DNA of 63,963 nt, counting the filler, from Intoshia linei (taxonomy: Eukaryota; Animalia; Orthonectida), in assembly GCA_001642005.1 (NCBI GenBank). It is 9 parts of 9 records of this genome, joined end to end, with 100 filler letters (N's around TTAATTAATTAA, not from the genome) between each part and the next. Parts side by side here need not be neighbours in the genome. Positions count along the whole stretch, not along the records: positions 1 to 11,441 come from LWCA01001171.1; positions 11,542 to 26,027 come from LWCA01000955.1; 7 more parts are not named here. One strand, written 5' to 3'. The notes under the pieces were generated by a model. The model saw only the letters and a list, made by a program, of their open reading frames with translations. It was not told the origin of the DNA and did no database searches. The stretch's first letter is position 1, and every line of letters starts with the position of its first letter. Position numbers and translations under genes: made by a program. Of the stretch, positions 1 to 15,217 are shown piece after piece.

Positions 1-152
1 TACTTAATTTGAGTAACGCTACTTTTTTCTCTTCCTTATCATTTGCAAGCGTGATAGTTAATTCAAATTTTTCTATCCAATCCTTTGGATCTTCTCTGAA
101 TTTTTCAAACTTAAAGAAATAATTCTGGTAGTGGTTTCAATATATTGTTCAT
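1..152 (-). mobile_element. decayed retrotransposon gag-like fragment (frameshifted)
   Basis: Minus strand reads, across frameshifts, roughly FEKFREDPKDWIE/FELTITLANDKEEKKVALLKL, resembling the N-terminus of Ty3/gypsy-type Gag; runs off the window edge. Confidence 0.3.
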
Positions 153-533
153 TTTGAGAATTTATTTAAATTGAATTAAAATTGTAATAAAATGTAAGTG
201 TAAAAACGATTTAGTAATTTTAATTCAAAACGATAAAACAAATAATTAAATAATATATGGATACCATATATAGTGAACATGTTTACTACACCCGTATTGT
301 TTTAATTTCTAAAATTCGATCTAAAAGTGGGGGTACGAAATTTTTTTTTTTAGTTTAGGGATACCAACTATGAAGTATGTTGGGAACCGCTGTTATTAGT
401 ACTATATCATGTTTTTCAAAATCACCATAATCGCCCCATGGGGGCAATATGGCCCACTTTGGGTACCCCTGGTCTATGTTAAAAATATTTGAAAATCGAT
501 GAGATATATTATAAAAAAACTAGTTTTACTGTT

Positions 534-1250
534 ATGTACTACGTACACACAGCACCTAGCTCTGCCGAGGGAACATTTTTATTATACCAAAAAAATAAAT
601 TCACGTTGAAAATTTAACTTAAAAATCCACTATTCACTATTATCAACCCTTTAAAGGAGTGGTTGCCATACTTGTTTTAGGTGGAACCGTCATATCACAT
701 TTCTTTTTACTTTAAAGTAAATTATTATATCTTAATTTTGTTTTGTTAACATTTGCGTAAAGAATTTTAAAAACAATTGTTATCCCATTTATTTAATTTA
801 TTAGACAGAATGTGTAAATGTTAATAATTAGAAATAAAGTAAAAAATCAGCCCAATCCTAAAAATTGTCATAAAATTTATCTTCAGAGCCAAATCCACAT
901 ATTACCATTTTTTTTAATGAAAACAGCCCTTGAATTTAAAAAAATTTACAAGTAATAGTTGTATCCTGTTAACACACACAAAAAATTCCAATCTGAATAA
1001 ATGAAGCCTTCATGGTAAAAACAGCATTTTAGTATTTATATATTTTTTTTCCGAAATATTTTTATAACAAAAAATGTGAAATAATTAACTGTCCGAAAAT
1101 TAAAAAAAAGATTTTTCTGATAGAGCTTATTCCAATTGATATAAATATAAAATTTCAAACAGAAATCTACTTTAAAATTTTTAAAATTTAATAAAAATAA
1201 CCATTTTATTTTGAAAAACACGATTTTACCAAATATTATGAGAAAGAACC
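534..1250. repeat. unclassified dispersed repeat family (starts ATGTACTACGTAC..CAGCACCTAG.TCTGCCGAGGG)
   Basis: Close copies at ~35663-36230 and ~57150-57550; the 950-1130 part recurs at ~61660-61826 and inverted at ~57570-57760. Confidence 0.7.
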
Positions 1251-1629
1251 TTTACTTTTTTCATAAATATTTCCTTTTGGGTCCAAAAAAATAAATATTT
1301 TGAAATGTGGTCCCTAAACTATTTGAATCAAAAACAACTGTTCTAAGGCACTTTAATTAAATATTTGCGATTTAATGACACCTGAATCAGCCATTCTCAA
1401 CCTTAGAACAGTCAAATATTTTATTGCTGATCCCATTTAGATTTTGGTTTGCGCAATTAGCTTTATACTACTAAATATCTTTTGAAGGGAGTCTACACTA
1501 AAATTTTAAATTATTTATTAAAACGAAACAATATTTTATATTATAAATAATGTAATTAATAATTACTAATTATAATTATCAAGCAAAAATTTAAAAACAA
1601 TTAAAATAGTTTATTTTTATATTGAAAGG

Positions 1630-1819
1630 GTTCACCATGGGATTCGACATGGTACTGTTTATTTTTAATTATAAAATATTTTATTTTGAAATTTTACATT
1701 CTGTATTTATAAAGTGTTTGAATTCAATGGCACTTTTGAATAATGGTACAGTGACATGCCCTCGAATGAAAGATGAATATGTTTTTAAAACACAAGTAGA
1801 AAAGGTGTTTATCATGTAA
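1630..1819 (+). CDS. MAEA: 3' exons of MAEA/Fyv10 (CTLH/GID E3 ligase subunit); upstream exons not identified
   Basis: Exon 1715-1819 CLNSMALLNNGTVTCPRMKDEYVFKTQVEKVFIM* resembles the MAEA C-terminus (VVCPRTKEVF..QAEKVYIM*); a short preceding exon GFTMGFDM resembles GYVYGYN. Confidence 0.6.
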
Positions 1820-2243
1820 AGGAAAATATGTATTTGTAATGAATAAAATCTTAATTTTACTATAGCATTGAGGCTGTGTTTGATCTAGATTCGAGTGTAT
1901 CATATCTAAACTATCCTTAAAACCTTTGCAACAATTTATTATTTACGGATAATATGAGTGTTCAAAGTATAAAATCATAATTATTAAAGAAAATGTAATA
2001 CTCTTTAGGTGTTTGTACAAACGAAGAAATGCTTAACGCGACGTAATTTTATATTAACGTAAATAAACTACATAATCTGTTTTGTTTTCAAATTGCATTT
2101 GTATATTTGTGGTTTTGGAGTGCTCTTTATCAATAAATAACAAGGTCAAAGATAAAATTAATGTTACAAAATGTTGATGCCTTGGATTAAACTAGTTTAA
2201 AATTACCTTAAGTTGATTTACGTTTTAATTACACTAACCAATT

Positions 2244-5200
2244 ATGGAAAATTTGTCAAACGAAACTGATGATTTTGAGCAAGTGCCATTTAATTTTAAC
2301 GATTTAAAACATATTGATCAATGGAAATCCCATGCGAACTCTATATCCAATGAATCCAATAGCACTTGTTTTAATTTGTATTTTTTTTTTAGTTAAATTT
2401 TTACTTTTTCAAGTGAAGAAAAGTTGAACAATTTATTAAAGCTTTCTGACATAGAGGACATATTATTCGATGCGTTGGCCAATGAAGATGGAAACTTTGT
2501 CAACTTAAACACCTTTTGGAATGTAATTGTCAATATTTAGTTGGAGTTTTAATTCTAGTTTTAGTGTCTTAAATCAGTTGGAATTGATGAATCTGATCCT
2601 AGGTTGACTGAGACTTATAATGCTTTCCGACAATATTTTTTACACAATGAAGCTGATCATGAACAATTGGTGGATCGAAATCTTTTTCGAAAGTTTTTTT
2701 ATTTAAATTTCATAAACCAGCTAATTTTGGGGGTTACTGTGATTTTGATGTTTTGTACCATTTGTTACTACTGGTTTTATTGTCTCTCATCTTGTTTCAT
2801 TTTAGTTCCATTCAGAAAAATATTTTATTAATTGTTCGTGCATTCAAAAAGCACCTTATTATTCCAGACTTTGAACAATTTAAAGAAAAAATTCAAAAGA
2901 TATTTGATACATGCAAGGAAAATAAGACTGGAGAGGTACATTCCACTTGATATGATACGTTTTACGATATTATTTCATCACTATTTTGTGAAATTAATAA
3001 AAACTGCAGGTTGCAAGCTATATACCTCAATTAGCTAGAGTTGATCCAAACATGTGGGCTGTTTCAGTTTGTACTATTGATGGCCAGAGGTATTTTTGCT
3101 GATATAAATTTTTGAACAAATTAAGAAATTTTTACTAACTTTAAATTGTCTACTATTGTATAAACATCCCTTTTTAAATTAAATTAAATTTTTAAATCTT
3201 ACTCTCAAATTTGGAAATTTTGATTTATATCAGGATTTCTGAATCCACTATTAATTAAAAACTAATCTAACCATTTTTTTAATCAATCCTTGTCTTTCAA
3301 TTTGGGCTGATTAGGGTCAGAAAATTAAAAGTTGCTAATTTTAATTTTTCATTAGATTTTTTCAATATGGGGATGTGAAGGGTTAGACAATGTCTATGTG
3401 ACATACACAGATGTTGTACTTATTGATATTTTAATGTGACAGTTAATACTTTTTTTAATTATATTACAGAATTGATATGGGTGACAGCAAAATTCCATTT
3501 TGTATTCAATCCTGTTGCAAACCATTGAATTATGCAATCAGTTTGACTGAACACAATCCTGAATATGTACATAAATATGTTGGGTGCGAACCAAGTGGCC
3601 AAGGATTCAATGAATTAACATTGGACATTAACAACAAACCTCACAATCCCATGATCAATGCTGGTGCAATAGTTATTTGTTCTTTAATAAAAAGACAATT
3701 GTGTAGCTCTGATCGATTTGATTTTGTAATCTTTACATTATGTATTATAATTTATAACATTATTATGTTTTAATAGTTTATCAGTATGTACCATTCATTT
3801 AACGGGTATCCTGAATGATAAATCGCGATGATACGCATTTTTAGGAACCACTGAAATATGACATTGTTTATATCAGCTATTTTGAATCTTTATTACCTTG
3901 TATACTTCTTTAATAAAAATTTTCATTTTCAATTAACCTTGACAGTAGGTATCGTCAAATTTCCGACTAAAAAATGATTTGTTGATGCATGAAAAGCAAG
4001 TGAGATGTCTTAAAATAATAAGAAACTTTTCATGGTTCCAATAAACCAAGGAACCTTAATAATCTTCAAATTTTTCAGATTACAAGATATATATGAATCC
4101 TGTCAAAACCTGAGATTCGGTAAATCAACCTAGGTGTTTATTTCACAAAAGTTTAGTAATAAATAATGTTTCGCTTGGAGATGTTAAATTTTGATGGGAT
4201 GTACCGGGTGAGAAACTGATAATGATGAAAAATGTTTATCATTTTCAATACCAAAAAGAATCATAAAATGTAAATTTTTTCCGGGACTTCAAAATTTTTC
4301 TGTTGGTGGTTCATAATTAAAAATAGATTTACTATATTTTAGTTTTTTTTTAAAGTCATTGCGCCTTCAAAACATAAAAACAGCGGTAAATAAATAATTT
4401 AGCCAATGTAAAAAATTAAAATTCATTATTTTATTGACAAAATGATAACCTTACACAGGTCGAAATATATTCTGGCATTACCATCTTGTTACTTAATAAA
4501 TACAGCAGTGATTTGAATTATTTTTTGTAACTCACCCTTAAATCATGATTTACAATTCGCAAATTATCATCACTATCTCTATAATTTACCGATACATTAA
4601 CCTTTACCCATACAAAATCACGTACAATAATTATAGATACAAAAATCAAATTTAAGCAAATTTTTAACTTGGTCTGCTCACCCGAATTTCAATGTGTCAA
4701 AAATATTTTTTTGTTCGTACTTTGCAGTGCTCTTCACTTTGGTTTAACATGCCTGAAACACAAATCGGCAAAATTTTATTATTTGTTTAACCAAACCTTT
4801 GATGGTTTACTAGGGGTTTTTTGGATTGATGTATTTTTATATATAAATTATAATTTAAATATATATAATTTTAAATATATTATATATAATATAGATAAAA
4901 ATATAATTTACTAAAAATTTTCCGGCCTTAGAGAATAATAACACATTTTCTATATTAGTTTAAATATGACAAATATTGAAATGAAACTCTGTTTTCTTGT
5001 ATTATATGGTCTACATTTCAACATTAAATTGTTCACTTACAAGTTTTTATTGAAATTATTTTGAATATTTTATTCAGTGTCGCAAACATTTGTGTAGCAG
5101 GTTAAAATTTAAACCGCCTTATTATTTATAATGCGAATGCTTAGATTTTTAATCAATACAAGAAAATGTCTGGAAACCAATATGTCGGTTTTAGCAACTC

Positions 5201-7979
5201 CATGTAATTTTGTTACATTAATATCAGTTATAGATTATAATGTTAACATTAGCTATTTGTCGGAACGTGATACAGCTGACAGAAATTTTGCTATGGGGTA
5301 TTTTATGCGACAACACGATGTATGTCAATTATTATGTTATAGATATAGACATGAAAACCTTTCCACGTTGGGTCTAATATTAATTTTAAAATCGTACATA
5401 ATGAATAAAAATCTATTTTGATTAGACTAGAAATTTAACTACTTTTTTTATCACTTAATTGTTGTAGCCTACAACTTGTAGGGCTGCCATGTTTTTTTGA
5501 AATTAAGTTAAGATTTACAACAATGGGCTACCAAATATCACTAAGTCAACTTAAATTTCAGAAAAACTGACTTACAAATAATGTAAAAATTAAAAAAATT
5601 TAATTAAATCTAATTGGAATGTTCCGGTCAATACAATGTATGTAAATATCTATTACTTGTATAAATATTTTTATTTATAAAAATCTAAATTTAATTTTTA
5701 GTGTTTCCCAAAGAATACGGACTTATTAAAGACCCTTGAATTATATTTTCAGGTTTATATGTGGTCTAAACCAGAGGTGGGGAAGCATTCACTGTTTGAA
5801 GGCCGCACTAACGTCCCAAAAAATATAATAAGACCGCTCCTTTCTAAATAGAATTTAATTCAAAATAAATACAGCAGTTCTTCTCATCGGGTGACTGGTC
5901 ACCCCAAGGGGTGAATATGAAAATTTAGATGATTAGGGATGAATCATAAATTTTTAGCATATTTTATATGATTTAGTAAGATCTTATTATAAAAAACCCC
6001 ATTTTACCAAACTTTTAGGTCAAAAATTCCTCTATCTGATCCCAAAAGAAAAAATCGTTATTACCAATATTTTTCTGAAAATTAATATAATAAATAAAAT
6101 AATTTTAAATGAAAAATAATTCAAATCGTTTAGAAGGCCGCACTTTCCCCACTTCTGATCTAAACTATTAATATTTTGATTATATTTAACTATATATAGC
6201 TATGCTCAATAGAATTCACCTCTGAATCAGGTAGCATAATTGCTGCCACATTAGCTAATAGCGGAATTTGTCCAATTACAGGAGATCGGGTAATGGACCC
6301 TGATGCCGTACGAAACACACTATCTCTAATGCATTCATGTGGAATGTATGACTATTCTGGTCGGTTTGCATTTAGAGTAATTTAACATTTTAAAATGCAA
6401 TTAAAATTTTTAAATGTAGGTGGGCCTACCGGCAAAATCAGGTGTAAGCGGTGCAATACTACTAGTAATACCAAATGTGATGGGAATGTGTATATGGTCT
6501 CCTCCATTAGATAAATATGGAAACTGTGTTAGAGGAGTACAGTTTTGTGAAATATTCACTAACCAGTTTAGTTTTCACAATTATGATAACCTAACATGTA
6601 CGAGTTTGAAAGTTGATCCTCGAAGAATAAAACAAGAGGATTATGCGGATGATATTGTGAATATGCTATGTAAAGCTTCTGAAGGGGACGTTAAATCAAT
6701 TTTAAGGTTAATCATGAGTATAATAGTTTATTAATTTTTTGTTAGATATCGTTTGATGGATAAAGATTTATCAGCCTCCGATTATGACGGAAGAACTGCT
6801 TTGCATGTTGCTAGTGCCGATGGCCAATACGTAATATACATAACTAACCTAAAAAAGTAGCGCAGTAATAATATTATGGTAAATTTCTTATGAGAAAATG
6901 GTAACTCCATGGTAAAAAAGTATTGGAACCCTGGATTTTAAATTATCAAATTAAATTCTACAGGGAACGAGGTTGATGGTCCGATTTAAACTGATTATAA
7001 ATGGGTTGTTTTTGATGATTATAAATCTATTTTTCGAATTAACATCATCATTACAATATAAAATGAAGACACATTTAATAATGCATGAAATATATTAACA
7101 GAAATTTAATCTTTTAATGAGATTTAAAGTTATTACATTGAATGAACATTATCTATATCAAAGCGTAAATTAAACGATTGAAATCAATAAATCATTATTA
7201 TTAATCCATTACATGAAAATGTTACATAAATTAATAGCCCACATGTGTAAACCATAAATTTTTATATTAGCTAAAAAATACATTTACGAGTGTTGAATTA
7301 AAAAAAAATGTAAATTAAATAAATTATTACATAAAAAAATATAATATTTATGATTCGATATAATTTCTTCTGGTGTCTGAAACATGTAAAGTAGAATTGT
7401 ATACATTTAATGGGAGAATGTAATGAACCAAATAAAATATAATACAAAGGGAAGGTCTTTATATTGATTATAATTTGGGAAAAATAGTTTTTTGGTACGT
7501 TAAATGTAGAATATAAGTGAAAAAATAACACATCAACTAAGAAATTTAGACAAATTAGATAAATAACGTAAAATAATTTTAAGTTTTGGTTATACTTTTT
7601 TCAGCCTGATTCATAAATTTTTGACAACCTTTGTGAGAATTATAAGAATATAAAATATATCAAATTTGATGTGTTAATTTTTTTAATACAGTATCGTTGA
7701 TATAAATCACATCCTTATATAAAATGGTATTTCCAAAGACTAAGTATTACAAAATAATATACATACATTTAGGAAGTTGTAAAAATACTGATCCAAAAAT
7801 GCAACGTGGATATTAACCCTATAGACAGGTTTAAATGACATGAAAAAATAATAAAAAAATATAGATGGGGTAGAAGACCAATTGACGACGCTATAGAATT
7901 CAAGCACGAAAAAGTTGAAAAGTTTTTAAAAGATTACATGGAAAATAGTTCAGGCGTAGGTGATTCACTAAAGATATAA
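2244..7979 (+). CDS. GLS: kidney-type glutaminase with C-terminal ankyrin repeats, ~14 exons
   Basis: [63 protein letters not shown], ankyrin [12 protein letters not shown] and DRWG; canonical GT-AG introns; stop TAA 7977-7979; exact start uncertain. Confidence 0.95.
5772..6157. mobile_element. non-autonomous hAT (Charlie-type) MITE in a GLS intron
   Basis: TIR CAGAGGTGGGGAA / TTCCCCACTTCTG; 8-bp TSD GTCTAAAC / ATCTAAAC. Confidence 0.8.
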
Positions 7980-8041
7980 AAAGCGAATGAAAGCGGCCAA
8001 ACTTTATATTAAAAAATGTCATTAAATTACAATTTCAACGA

Positions 8042-9597
<1,556 letters not shown>

Positions 9598-11441
9598 TCA
9601 ACTTATTTTATTTTTTCACAATATTCTGGTTTGAAACAAAATTTGAACATTATTTACCATTCTAATTAACTATATGATTTATAAAGTTAAGTATGACTGT
9701 TCTGTTTAAACAATATCCATATTGTTCACTAGTCATTATGAAATATATTACCTATACTAAATGCAAATTTTTCTTTTTGCTATTTCTTTTAGACAAGTCC
9801 AAATTTAATATCACTCAAATTATTAAATTTGTCAATAAAATTTTAGTTTATCATTTAAATGTCTATAACTACGTAGTGTACCGTTTGTACATCAATACAA
9901 TGGAGACAGACTGTCTGAAAATTAACATTGGTACAGAATGGTAACTCCATTCAATCTATGTTTTCAAGTATAGAATGACATCAATCATCATCAATGAGTA
10001 CAATTATAAGTGTTATCAAAGTCGAACCGACTGTACTCGGCTTTATTGGAATTTATAGAGCTTTACGATAGTTACAATTTAAAAAATTGCATTTACTTCA
10101 TTTTGCATACAAGATGGTATTAATTTCTAGTGAGTGTTTCAATTCAATCAACTTTTTTTCAATGCAATAATTAATTAATAAATCTTTTTAAACATGATGT
10201 TTATTGATAATGGAACTGTCAATTTACGTTTTATATAAAAGTTTTAACATTTAATTATTTTTGGCACATGATAAATATTGTAAATAGTTCATGTAATCAA
10301 TAGCGTTATATTTGGACAAATAATTGAGATGGGTTTGATTCTCGAAAGGTATAAATACCAGTCTTTCCGTAGTATCGGAAAAAATTAAATCAGAATATTC
10401 TCCAGACGAAAAAATGTTGAAAATGTTGTCATTTCTAAATTCAATTATTACCATTGCATTTACTTTGTAATACAGGAGTCGGCAACTTTGAACAATTGAC
10501 AATTGGGCTTTGACTAGAACAAGGCTGGTGAAGGCGGCATTCTGATTTTTTTAGGGTCTCCCAAATTTCAGTTTGTAAAATAGCTCAACACCCTTGGACT
10601 AAAAACAAAAAAACATGAAAAATTGTACTATTGTACATTCGAAACAAAGTTTCGAAATACAATAAATTTTCCGAGTACATAGTCGTACGTCAAATAATAA
10701 CCCACAAGGTGAACCAAAAATGTAGGGTGGACAAATAAACTGATTTTATTGTTTGTATTTGTTCGTGAAGTTGACATTTTATGTGATAAAATATAATTTA
10801 TGACAAACTCATAATATTCTTCAAAAAACGTTGTTAGTGTTATGAGATACATCACAAATTTCGCATTTTTCGTATAATATAAATTTACAATAGTTCGCGA
10901 CATATCCAGAATTAACTTACTACACACCTGCTGTAAAGCAGTGTATTCGGCAGTAGGCACTGAATTTCTTTCTAGTCAAACTGTTGTATAATGTGCAACT
11001 TTTGACACAATTTTTAAAAAAGCCCAATAGGTAACAAACATTGACGACTCCTGTTATATACATTTATTACTTTGCAGTAGCGGATTTAAGAGGTGCAGAA
11101 GGCGCAGTTGCACCCCCTAAATTTAAAAAAAAAATTAATTAATGTTTTGTAAAATAACTGAAGGTTTTAATTTCTTAAAACAATATAGATGGCGCATAAC
11201 ATTACATGTCATTACATGAACAATTGATCCTGTGACTTAAGTCCTTTTGTTACATGCACGTCTATAATTGATAATTTTATACAGTAATATCTCGATTTAG
11301 TCACGTTCGATTACTTAGAATTTTACTTATATTTATTTAGAAACAATTTTAAGCCAAAAATATTTTTTGCAAAATATTAGAAATAACTCGCAGAAAAATA
11401 TGAATTATTTTTACCATGCATATCATTAGATGAAGATCTCA

Positions 11442-11541
11442 NNNNNNNNNNNNNNNNNNNNNNNNNNNNNNNNNNNNNNNNNNNNTTAATTAATTAANNN
11501 NNNNNNNNNNNNNNNNNNNNNNNNNNNNNNNNNNNNNNNNN
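11442..11541. other. assembly linker N44-TTAATTAATTAA-N44 (also 26028-26127, 30776-30875, 38697-38796, 44705-44804, 58584-58683, 60502-60601, 61827-61926)
   Basis: Eight identical 100-bp spacers whose core has stop codons in all six frames. Confidence 0.97.
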
Positions 11542-11912
11542 TCTTTAAAAAGTACCAGCATCATTTCTCTCAATACATATACACGAGAAAGGACACGTCC
11601 CATAGAAAGCCAACGAATATCACAATGTATAATAAGATTAGAATATGGAGTTCCCATCTCTTCACATATAATAGAGAAAAATCTTGAATTTGATGACTAA
11701 TTTGATGTTTTATTTATTGATTTTGACTGTAAAACTATCATTTTGGTGATGAATTTAATCAAATTTAGTGAAAAATAACGATATTTTAGTTATGTAAAAA
11801 TTTATTTGGTCACACTATAATATTTACATTATTATTGTTAATATTTTATAAATTTTAAAAAGTTTGGCACACATCTGGAGATAATTGGTGACACACCGGT
11901 TGGAAAGCATTG
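11542..11912 (-). mobile_element. hAT Buster/Charlie transposase remnant
   Basis: RFFSIICEEMGTPYSNLIIHCDIRWLSMGRVLSRV resembles the Buster/SCAND3 LLHTEVRWLSRGKVL motif; TIR-like GGTTGGAAAGCATTG at ~11898-11912. Confidence 0.8.
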
Positions 11913-12184
11913 CAGTTAGTAAATTGATAAAAACCATACGTTTAATTTATTATCCTCTACTAAAGCTTAACTTTTATCTTAAATTACGTTAGAAGATTCT
12001 TCTCGAGGTTTCGACCAAATTTGTCGTAAACGTTTTTAAAAAATTCAAATTTTCAATATCATACATATCAAGTCCAGAGCAGTGGAGAGTAAAAAGTTCC
12101 CGTGATTGCATTTTTCTGTCTGGTCGGAGTGGACCATATCAGATTTTAAAGAATGATTCATAAAAAAAGGCTTGTATTTATAGC

Positions 12185-12475
12185 ATCAGTATTTTAATCC
12201 GTAAAGTGTCAGTATTTTAAATAGTTTGTCAGTAAAAATATTAAATTTTCAGTATTTTAGGTGCCAGTATAAATAATTTATTGACAGTATTTAAATTGGA
12301 AGGGCAGTAAAAAAATTATTTTGTCAGTACTTTAAATATACTGTCAGTATTTAACTTAGTAAAATTATGTTAAATAAAATTAATTATTAAATATGTAATT
12401 GAATACTGACAAAGTACATTTTATTACTGACATTTTAATATTTAAACTGACAATTTTTGTTGAAAATACTAACAA
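12185..12475. repeat. foldback-like array of ~20-bp GTCAGTA units followed by inverted TACTGAC units
   Basis: About ten CAGTA(TTTT/AAAA) units, then inverted units; same motif at ~38556-38665. Confidence 0.6.
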
Positions 12476-12496
12476 ATAAAATAGTGTCTAAAAAAA

Positions 12497-14313
12497 TTAC
12501 TCTACAACAGATTCTCGAATATCATCTTCATTGATAGAACAATTTTCTATTTGGTTTAAGATGTCGTTAGAATCGGTATAATTGGAAGTTGATTCATTTC
12601 TATTACTATCTTTATATTCATTTAAAGATTCTTCAGATGCCTGCACAGCAGAAACTTTTTGATGTACACTGGAACATGGTTGTTCACTTAAAGTTAAATC
12701 CATAATAGGGGCATATATTTCTCTGCTACCACGATAAAGTTTAATTTCCTAAAAATATATTTTTACATTTAATATTAATGTTAATTTATATTTTTAATCG
12801 CGCCTTTTTTAACATTTTTGTTACAGGTAATATATAATCAATTACTGTGACTACTATCACTCTTATTTATATTTAGTGTATATTTTAAATGGTGCCTTTT
12901 TTAACATTTTTGTTACAGGTAATATATACTCAAAAACAATTTAGATAAAATGTATATTTCATGGATAATGTATGTAATCAATGTAAATTGTATATTTAGT
13001 TATATATAATGTGGATTATTCAAAGTAATTTAGTAAGTAAATCTACAACTTTAGCACAATTCATTTTATTCAAACAGTCTAAACGCCTCAAAATACACAA
13101 AACTAGTATATACGTATATTATAATATAAATTACTTGTTGTTTATAAAAGGTGCGACCTTTATCATCTTCCATTTGAATATTAAGAAAAAAATTGACAGA
13201 AAAAAGTTCGCAAACTTCTTCTTGGGTAATAGAAATATTTTTAATGGTTGATAAACGCATTCTGAACGGTATTGATTCCCCTAATAAAAACATTAATTAT
13301 TATAAAATATACATAATTACCTTTATTTGGAGCTCCATCCATAATTTCAATAGAATTTATGACAGATGTTTCGGTATTTGTGGCATTTCCATATCCAGTA
13401 GTTTCGCGCAAAACCAGCTGAAGTTCCATTCTGATAACTTTCATTAAAACTAATTGGAAATGGATGGCCCCAACAATAGTTTCATTTAAAGAATATCTAC
13501 AAGGTATTAAAATATAATGCAGAGTAATTGAAATGTATAAGGTACAAATAGCGTGTATAAAATTACCGAAAATTATCATATTCGTATTCAAGTTGTAAAA
13601 TATTTTCTAATCCTACTTCGGCACTGACAATTTTTGCTTTTTCGGGATATGTACTAAGACTATGAACGATAATATCGCGTTCATTAATATAATTATTCCA
13701 TGTTTTATTAATGACTATACGAACGAAATATCTAAAATGATATATAATAGTTGCCGCGAAATAGGCCATCAATCCTTGAAAAGGTGAAAATTACCTAAGA
13801 CGAACATTAAATCCTGCATAAGATTCATAAGGTTTATTGACGTTTTCAAATTGAAAAGAGTATTCTGTTCGTCCATTTAAAACATCCGATTCAGAAAGGG
13901 TGGTTTGTTTGGATATAAAATGGTAACAACTATTTCTATAGCAAAGAGCTTCTAAACACCAAAAATGGTTACTAAAAATTAAAAATGAACCGATTTGTCC
14001 GAAAAAATGCACTTTAATTCCATTATGTTTAAAATTCGAACCGGATACGCCTGGAATAATGACAATCTTGAAAATTTAAACAATTTATTAACATTTAAAT
14101 GAATATGTTTTTCTAAATCATTTAAAAAAACCTTTCCAGACACAGTTTCACCATCATAATAAATGGGAACCTTTTCCCTGTTCCCGTCATCGAATACCTT
14201 TGTAGCGCTTTTACGATTCAACTCATCATCGAAATAAATTTCCGCTGACACATTATTAACAAAGTCGAATAAACCCTAAAACGATTAAAATAATACTTAA
14301 ATACCAGTACCAT
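12497..14313 (-). CDS. VPS26: retromer cargo-recognition subunit VPS26
   Basis: M|GLFDF..YYDGETVSGKV, FENVNKPYESYAGFNVRLR, EVGLE, EIMDGAPNKGESIPFR, FSVNFFLN..FYKQQ|EIKLYR; last exon 12497-12748 adds an acidic tail. Confidence 0.93.
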
Positions 14314-14458
14314 ATAATGTGAATATGTGAAGTTTTAATTATTGTTTACAATTATGTATTAGTTTGAGAAGCATAATAAAATTCTGTTTATGTTGCAACT
14401 TGCAACCAAGATTTTTATATATTGAACATTCATTTTTAATGAATATCAATATTTTAAC

Positions 14459-15174
14459 ATGGGAAATATTTTTAAAAGAAAATCTCAAATTACTGAAACT
14501 GATCGGGCTTTATTGCAATTAAAAGTTAGTTTGTTAATGGTGTCAATTAACATTATTATTTCAATTCCACAATTTTTAGTTTTTAGGTTTTACGAGACAA
14601 GTATGGTTTACAAGAAAAACAAATTGAAAAAATAGTAAACACTGATAAAGAGTATGCAGTCAAATACAAAAAAATGGGACAAAATCAAAAGGCTCTATTT
14701 TATTTCAAGAGATTTAAAATGAATGAAAAACAATTGGAAAAGTTGTACATTAACATGACATCCATAAATCAATGTATTGACAACGTTCAAGATGCGCAAG
14801 CTGTAACACAATTTACAAAATGTATTTCGGAAGGTAACATTGCTCTTAAAAATGTTTTAAAATACATGTGTGTCAATAAACAAAATATCGAACAACTTGT
14901 TGAAGAAAGCACAGAATTGCACCATCAAGTCGAAGAATTGGAAAATGTTTTTGACGATGTAGTAGATCCTAATGAAAGGAGCCTTTTAGAACAAGAATTT
15001 ATTCTATTGGGAAAATCTGTTTATGATATTAAAAAGGAACACCAAGACAATAAAATTAATAATGAAATTAATAAGCTACCCATGCCTCCAATTGAGATTG
15101 AAAAAGACAAGGAAAACATAGAAATGGAGATAGACTTGGAATCACAAAACGAAAAAGTTTTAATACCAGTATAG
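14459..15174 (+). CDS. CHMP6: ESCRT-III subunit CHMP6/Vps20 (2 exons)
   Basis: MGNIFKRKSQITETDRALLQLK|VLRDK resembles the myristoylated CHMP6 N-terminus; Snf7-type coiled coil; acidic tail with LPMPP. Confidence 0.88.
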
Positions 15175-15217
15175 CTTTATTTTTTGTACATTTTTTAAAT
15201 TTAAAATGAATTCAATT

